In this document: in pieces, positions 59,803 through 64,000 of the stretch
Layout of the letters: each line of letters opens with the position of its first letter
Position numbering within the stretch: the first letter of the stretch is position 1
Origin: Candidatus Omnitrophota bacterium
GTDB taxonomy: Bacteria > Omnitrophota > Gorgyraeia > Gygaellales > Profunditerraquicolaceae
Assembly: GCA_026387335.1 (NCBI GenBank)
Contig: JAPLLX010000001.1
Span: 106,620-170,619 of the forward strand
DNA: 64,000 nt
Direction of reading: 5' to 3'
Position numbers and translations under genes: made by a program
The notes under the pieces: generated by a model
Told to the model about the DNA's origin: nothing
Database searches by the model: none
Seen by the model: only the letters and a program-made list of their open reading frames with translations

Positions 59803-60647
59803 GAGTATTGATTACTGGTGCCTTAGGGTTTACCGCCCGTCATCTTATTGAACTTATCGCTTCAGAGTCAGAGTGCGAGCTTTACTTGACCGATTGTATT
59901 TCTGGCGGCTCTGGAAATATTTTGAATTGCGATTTGACTCAAAGAGGACCGGTAGAAGACTTGATCTGTAAGATTCGTCCTGAGCGTATTTATCATCTCG
60001 CCGGTAGCTTCACCAATAACTATGACATTGATTATTTGGTGAATGTCTTGAGCACAAAAAATATTTTGGATGCTTTACTAAAGTATGGGGTTTCAAACAG
60101 GACGTTGTTAATCGGAAGTTCTGCGGAGTACGGCTTTATCAATGCCGGAGACAATCCGGTTAGCGAGAGTCATCCGCTTCAGCCTTCCAAGATTCATGGG
60201 CTTACCAAGGTCTACCAGACGTATTTGATGAATTTTTACTGTAGAGCTTACTCAATGGACATTGTGATGGCGCGGACATTTAATTTATCCGGAGATGATA
60301 AACGGATTTCAAAACTATTATTTGTCGGAAAGGTCTGTGAGCAGATAGAGAAAATAAAAAAGGGGGAGCTTTCTAAGATTGTAGTGGGAAATTTGGAGGC
60401 AAAAAGGGATTATATCGATGTGCGGGAGGCCGTTAAATATTATCAAAAAATTATGGAACGGGGAAGATCAGGCGAGGTATATAACGTCGGCAGCGGTAGT
60501 TGTGTCAAAATGAGAGATCTCTTGACTTTACTCTTAAAAGAAGCTGGATTGGATATGAAGGTGGTGGAGGAGGAGGTTCCTCTTGTCCCAGATAAAACTG
60601 ATATTCCAGAGATATACGCGGATTTACGAAAAATAAAAACATTATAG
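59799..60647 (+). CDS. GDP-4-keto-6-deoxymannose reductase-like SDR (Rmd-like)
   Basis: TGALGF, YHLAG, SSAEYG, HGLTK (Tyr replaced by His), VGNLEAKRDY.DVR. Confidence 0.7.
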   Translation: MRVLITGALGFTARHLIELIASESECELYLTDCISGGSGNILNCDLTQRGPVEDLICKIRPERIYHLAGSFTNNYDIDYLVNVLSTKNILDALLKYGVSNRTLLIGSSAEYGFINAGDNPVSESHPLQPSKIHGLTKVYQTYLMNFYCRAYSMDIVMARTFNLSGDDKRISKLLFVGKVCEQIEKIKKGELSKIVVGNLEAKRDYIDVREAVKYYQKIMERGRSGEVYNVGSGSCVKMRDLLTLLLKEAGLDMKVVEEEVPLVPDKTDIPEIYADLRKIKTL

Positions 60648-60657
60648 TTTAAAAACC

Positions 60658-62055
60658 ATGAGAAAGTTTAAAAATCCAATCATCTTAGCCTTCCTGATCA
60701 GTATTCTTTACTGGATTTATCTTGTTTTAACTAGCCGGATGAGCATTATATTTGATTCGATTGGCTATGAAAACTTAGGAAAAATGCTTGCGCAACAAGG
60801 TTGGGTAGAATTCTTTAAGACTGGCCCGAATCGCGAACCGTTTTATCCGGCGCTGATTGCTTTTTCCATGAAGCTGGGAAAAATCTTTGGGCTCTCTTAT
60901 CAACTTATTCAAGTTTTGATTCAATTATTGATTCTTCTTTTTACTCAAATCCTGACTTTGCGCATCTTACGAATCCTAAAAATTAATGACTGCTTAAGCG
61001 CTTTGACGATTCTTTATCTGGGAATTTCACCAGCTATTGTGAATTCCGCCCTGAGCTTGTTTTCGGAAATTGTGACATATCCGCTCATTTTAGGAGTCAT
61101 GCTCTTAATTTATAGATCCTGGCTTTCTTTTACCGGGCCGAGATTTAGGATTATCCTATTGGCAATAGCGACAAGCTTACTCTTTGTACTCATGACTTTA
61201 AGCAAGGGGATTTTTGAATTGGTGACACCGGTTTTCTTTTTTCTGTTTCTAATTTCAGCGCTTTTTACGCGTAATCGAAAGTTTATTGTTAATACTCTTG
61301 TATATTTGATATTTTTTCTTGTAATTTTTTATTCATTGATTAACAGTTATAAATCGGCAAATAGGATTTTCAACGGTTCTTTTACTATTACTAATCGCGG
61401 CGTCTTGGCATTATATGGTCCCACGGCTCGACGGATGGAGCCATTGACTAGAGAACGGTTTTTGACTGCTTTGGCCTATGTGCCTGGGGAAGGCGTGTGT
61501 CGTTCTTTATTCGGTGAAGAGAAATGCCATTTTTGGCACTTTTGGAAAGCCGAAGAATTCGCCTTACAGAAAGCTAATGAACTAAGTAAAACCAATATGC
61601 CGCCCGATATACTAAACAATAAACTTATTTCACTCTCCAAACAAAAAGTCCGCCAAAACCCGGTGCAATATGGTTTGCTTATTGCAGTAGAAGGTTTAAA
61701 AATGTTTTTCTGGGAATCAACTCAAGTTGGTTGTGTCGGGTATTCTGTCGGACTAACAAAACTTTTTACCTGGATGCCATTTAAAAATGGGTTGCGGCTG
61801 GGGATGTCGCTTGTAACGTTTCTAGCTTTTGTTTATTTGGGGGCGTTGTTTTGGCGGGAAAGAAAGGATGTTTTAAAAACAGAAAGCTCGCTTTTATTTC
61901 TCTATTTATGCGTATTATTTATATTTTCTTTTATAAGCTCCTACTCGATATTTAGCATTCTTGTCCGTTATCTCTTCCCGATCGTGCCACTATATCTAAT
62001 TATCATAGCCTATGTACTTCAAAAAGTATGCTTTCGTGTTTATGACTCGTTTTAG
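60658..62055 (+). CDS. Multi-pass membrane protein, GT-C/PMT-like
   Basis: DS.GY, REPFYP, SE, C-terminal RYLFP; many TM segments. Confidence 0.55.
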   Translation: MRKFKNPIILAFLISILYWIYLVLTSRMSIIFDSIGYENLGKMLAQQGWVEFFKTGPNREPFYPALIAFSMKLGKIFGLSYQLIQVLIQLLILLFTQILTLRILRILKINDCLSALTILYLGISPAIVNSALSLFSEIVTYPLILGVMLLIYRSWLSFTGPRFRIILLAIATSLLFVLMTLSKGIFELVTPVFFFLFLISALFTRNRKFIVNTLVYLIFFLVIFYSLINSYKSANRIFNGSFTITNRGVLALYGPTARRMEPLTRERFLTALAYVPGEGVCRSLFGEEKCHFWHFWKAEEFALQKANELSKTNMPPDILNNKLISLSKQKVRQNPVQYGLLIAVEGLKMFFWESTQVGCVGYSVGLTKLFTWMPFKNGLRLGMSLVTFLAFVYLGALFWRERKDVLKTESSLLFLYLCVLFIFSFISSYSIFSILVRYLFPIVPLYLIIIAYVLQKVCFRVYDSF

Positions 62056-62126
62056 AGTCTCACTTTTTCATAGTTATTGTAAGGGTTTTATGTAATTATC
62101 AAAAGGAAGGGTTGGTTTAAAAAAAT

Positions 62127-63905
62127 ATGTGTGGCATAGCTGGTAAAATAAACTGGAATGCAACTCCTTCGGCCGATTCAGTAATAAAAATGTGCAATAA
62201 GATGCGGTATCGCGGACCCGATGATTATGGCATCGTAAGTTTGAATAATGTTGTCCTTGGTCATCGAAGGTTATCCATAATCGATCTGTCCGAGAACGCC
62301 AAACAACCCATGGTTTCTTCTGACAAACGCTATTTTATCGTGTATAACGGTGAGGTATATAATTTTAAGGAACTAAAAAAGGAGCTCGAGAAATTCGGTG
62401 TTATTTTTAAGACATCATCAGATACAGAGGTGGTCCTGTATTCGTATATACAGTGGGGGGCACGATGTCTTGATAGATTTAACGGAATGTTTGCGCTCGC
62501 GATTTGGGATAATAATCTTAAGGAGTTATTTTTAGCAAGAGACAGATTTGGAAAGAAGCCGCTTTATTACTACAAAGATGCCGGGAAGATGGCATTTGCT
62601 TCAGAGTTAAGCGCTCTTATCTGTGACAGTGAAATCCCCCAAGAAATTTCGTATGAAGCACTTAATTCTTATCTTGCTTTGGGGTATATCTTGGCTCCTC
62701 TGACATTGTATAAAAATATATTTAAACTGGAAAGCGCAACATTTATGGTTGTGTCTGATTTCGGCAAGACTGTCAAAAAGACCAGATATTGGGATTATGC
62801 GGAGAAATTCAGAAAAAAGGTGAATTCAAATCAAGCAGAAATTTCGGAGAATGTTTTAAGCCTGCTTGATGAAGCGGTTAAGAAACGAATGGTAAGCGAT
62901 GTGCCGATAGGCGCTTTTTTAAGCGGCGGCATAGATTCAAGTTCAGTAGTAAGTTTAATGAAAAAATATCACCGCGGTGATTTGCACACCTTTAGTATAG
63001 GATTTGATCAGGAAAGTTACAGCGAAATCAAAGATGCTGACAGAGCCGCACAGTGGATAGATACAATACATCATAATAAAATCTGTAATAGTAGAGACAG
63101 CCAGGAGTTGATTAAGGAAGCACTTGAATCTTACGATGAGCCATTTGCCGATAATTCCTGTATTCCGACTTTTGCCTTGGCAAAGCTGACTTCTTTATAT
63201 GTGAAAGTCGCTTTATCAGGAGATGGAGCTGATGAGATTTTTGCCGGATATATAACATATAAGGCGGATAGGTGTTATTACTATGCGAAAATTCTGCCTT
63301 TCTTTATACGTAAGCTATTAGTAAAATTCGGGGAGAACAGGCATTCGCGCAAACAAACAAAGTTAAGTTTCACGTATAAACAAAAGCAGTTCTTTTACGG
63401 TTCTTTACATTCTCCTGAAGAAGCCCATTATCTTTGGCGTATCATTTTTCATCCTGAGGAGAGGGTTGCTATATTGGGTGAAGACAAAAGGGAGCTTATC
63501 TATGATACCGACCCATTTCTTATCTTCAAAAAATACTATGAAAGAGCCGCTGGGCTTCATTGGCTTGATAAGAATCTCTATGTTGATGCGATGACCTGGC
63601 TTACTGATGATATCCTCGTGAAAGTTGACAGGGCGTCGATGAGGAATAGCATAGAAGTGCGCAATCCTTATCTTGATGTAGATCTGGCAAGTTATAGCGC
63701 GTCAATACCTGCTAATCTAAAGATGAGAGGATTAAAAACAAAATATATCCTCAGAGCATCTTTAAAAAATGTTTTGCCCGGTTTTATCCTTAATAAGAAA
63801 AAGAGCGGATTTAACGCGCCCGTAGGCGCATGGCTTGGGTTAGACGATATAGATGAGTTTAAACTTTTTAATAAATATGTATTAGATAAAAAGGTGAAAA
63901 TGTGA
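62127..63905 (+). CDS. asnB: Asparagine synthase (glutamine-hydrolysing)-like glycan amidotransferase
   Basis: MCGIAG (Cys1), RGPD, HRRLSIID, NGEVYN, RDRFGKKP, LSGGIDSS, SGDGADE. Confidence 0.92.
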   Translation: MCGIAGKINWNATPSADSVIKMCNKMRYRGPDDYGIVSLNNVVLGHRRLSIIDLSENAKQPMVSSDKRYFIVYNGEVYNFKELKKELEKFGVIFKTSSDTEVVLYSYIQWGARCLDRFNGMFALAIWDNNLKELFLARDRFGKKPLYYYKDAGKMAFASELSALICDSEIPQEISYEALNSYLALGYILAPLTLYKNIFKLESATFMVVSDFGKTVKKTRYWDYAEKFRKKVNSNQAEISENVLSLLDEAVKKRMVSDVPIGAFLSGGIDSSSVVSLMKKYHRGDLHTFSIGFDQESYSEIKDADRAAQWIDTIHHNKICNSRDSQELIKEALESYDEPFADNSCIPTFALAKLTSLYVKVALSGDGADEIFAGYITYKADRCYYYAKILPFFIRKLLVKFGENRHSRKQTKLSFTYKQKQFFYGSLHSPEEAHYLWRIIFHPEERVAILGEDKRELIYDTDPFLIFKKYYERAAGLHWLDKNLYVDAMTWLTDDILVKVDRASMRNSIEVRNPYLDVDLASYSASIPANLKMRGLKTKYILRASLKNVLPGFILNKKKSGFNAPVGAWLGLDDIDEFKLFNKYVLDKKVKM

Positions 63906-64000
63906 TTCAAGTTAAGCAGGATGAGTGGCGTTGGCAATGGGAAATGTTTAAAGACGATGAACTCTTTCTTTTTAAGGATTGGATATTTCCGAACACCATG
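63902..64000 (+). CDS. Start of next gene (partial), possibly a SAM methyltransferase
   Basis: GTGA overlap with asnB stop; open frame VIQVKQDEWRWQWEMFKDDELFLFKDWIFPNTM to window end. Confidence 0.5.
   Translation, partial: MIQVKQDEWRWQWEMFKDDELFLFKDWIFPNTM

Noticed and set aside
817-63937. All minus-strand ORFs and short nested + strand ORFs in the track
   Set aside because: They lie inside long motif-bearing + strand genes and show no recognisable motifs; treated as shadow ORFs
1-64000. Integron attC array, CRISPR array, tRNA or rRNA
   Set aside because: No recurring palindromic or spaced repeats, integrase, cas genes or RNA-gene signatures seen by eye

Overview
AT-rich bacterial DNA that is almost entirely one giant, co-oriented (+ strand) surface-glycan biosynthesis locus (O-antigen/capsule/glycoprotein type). 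About 60 tightly packed genes follow the 3' end of a papain-like (C1A) peptidase, and the locus is still open at the right edge. It is built from modules: (i) split transketolase + UDP-GlcA-decarboxylase-like SDR + Fcl-like reductase + methyltransferase; (ii) perosamine-type aminotransferase module; (iii) NeuA-HAD/NeuB nonulosonate module with a Cys1-less AsnB-like ligase, radical SAM, Wzx and a sialyltransferase-like protein; (iv) an unusual DHS-like / nucleotidyltransferase / kinase / GmhA / radical SAM / dehydrogenase / second transketolase module; (v) a legionaminic-acid-like module coupled to B12-radical SAM, ACP, FkbH, VOC and GNAT-like genes; (vi) deoxysugar, GT, ligase and AsnB genes. 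Several short intergenic gaps hold recognisable remnants of deleted genes or IS3-family ends, which points to repeated module replacement. All product calls come from motif reading by eye; no searches were run. No rRNA, tRNA or CRISPR array was seen.
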